Source of the DNA: Eledone cirrhosa
Lineage: Eukaryota
Direction: 5' to 3'
DNA: 64,000 nt
NCBI GenBank assembly: GCA_964016885.1
Contig: OZ024742.1
Coordinates: 14,508,001-14,572,000 of the forward strand
The first letter of the stretch is position 1; the number at the start of each line of letters is the position of its first letter. This document shows positions 63,201 to 64,000 of the stretch, piece by piece. Below the pieces are notes generated by a model that saw nothing but the letters and a program-made list of their open reading frames with translations, was not told the DNA's origin and searched no databases. A program made the position numbers and the translations under genes.

Positions 63201-63454
63201 GATCAAAATATATATGAAAAAATATATATGAAAAAATTCCAGAAGTAAATGCATGACTGATTGAACATCCTACAAGGTTTGCTGGTCACTGCTTCTGTGT
63301 AAAAGATGAGATGTTTTCAGACCTGTTGTTGTGGGAGATCTCCTTCTCTACCAGAAAGCTCAAATACCAGGACACCATAGCAAGAGACACTGAAATTAAC
63401 AAGGAAAACCTACAAACCTTGATGGGGAAACAGAGACCGTTGGTGTGAAGTTGT

Positions 63455-63545
63455 GCATCACATGTCCATACCATCGCAGTCTTCTCTCCTGCAAACCACA
63501 ACTTATCCCTCTTATACCCAGTTTCTCTCTCAACTCATCTTTGCG
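63455..63545 (-). mobile_element. small RTE fragment
   Basis: ELREKLGIRGISCGLQERRLRWYGHVM. Confidence 0.75.
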
Positions 63546-63974
63546 AATAAGGATAATATTTTTTTTCTCTTTTTCCTTATTCATTTCACTAGCTGTGTAT
63601 AAATTTAAAATATAAAAAAGGGTGCATAAAGGAAAAAAAATATGTGACACTATTTACAAAGAAGAGAATAAAAAGTTCTTAGGAATGGAACTAACTGGTT
63701 CATTATTGAGAATGTGTTAGTCAGGCTAGTGAGGCCATTGAGAAGGGTTATAGTAAAAAACTATCACCCTTTTCATGATGGCCTGTAAAAGGAACACTTT
63801 ATGTAAAGTTATTTTTTAATTCATTTACAAAATTTGAAATATTTTTTTAATGTTACTAAAAATGGTAGGTTTTTTTTACCAGAAACAGGTTTGTTGATTA
63901 TTCAACATCTTTTTAATATATGTTTTAAGTCTGGAGAGTTGCATCTTTGCACACAGAATCATTCCAAACCAAAT

Positions 63975-64000
63975 ATGTTTGTTTTTTACTCCCTACAGGT
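63975..64000 (+). other. probable splice acceptor of the next SNX25 exon (exon would start at 63999)
   Basis: Strong polypyrimidine tract TGTTTGTTTTTTACTCCCTACAG; only 2 nt of the putative exon are visible. Confidence 0.45.

Overview
Eukaryotic, intron-rich animal DNA. The mix of RTE LINEs with (GAT)n tails, tRNA-derived SINEs and (TA)n/(CA)n microsatellites suggests a mollusc, probably a cephalopod such as Octopus (inference). It holds two divergently oriented genes: the first coding exon of an ANKRD10-like ankyrin-repeat gene (- strand, 26569-26805) and eight phase-compatible coding exons of a sorting nexin 25-like gene (+ strand, 32144-62196, probably continuing at 63999). About 57% of the window is four tandem arrays with 54-, 50-, 13- and ~92-bp units. 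The most striking feature is the ~92-bp array at 58017-62148. It is 45 tandem copies of the 3' splice acceptor plus the first ~22 codons of a conserved SNX25 coding exon, and only the last copy continues into the rest of the exon. Two other arrays (13 bp and ~73 bp) visibly grew out of retrotransposon coding sequence. The remainder is truncated RTE, CRE-like and CR1/L2-like LINEs, SINEs, a Helitron-like element, a MITE, hairpins and degenerate hammerhead-like motifs. Gene names rest on recalled similarity to human proteins; no database search was run.
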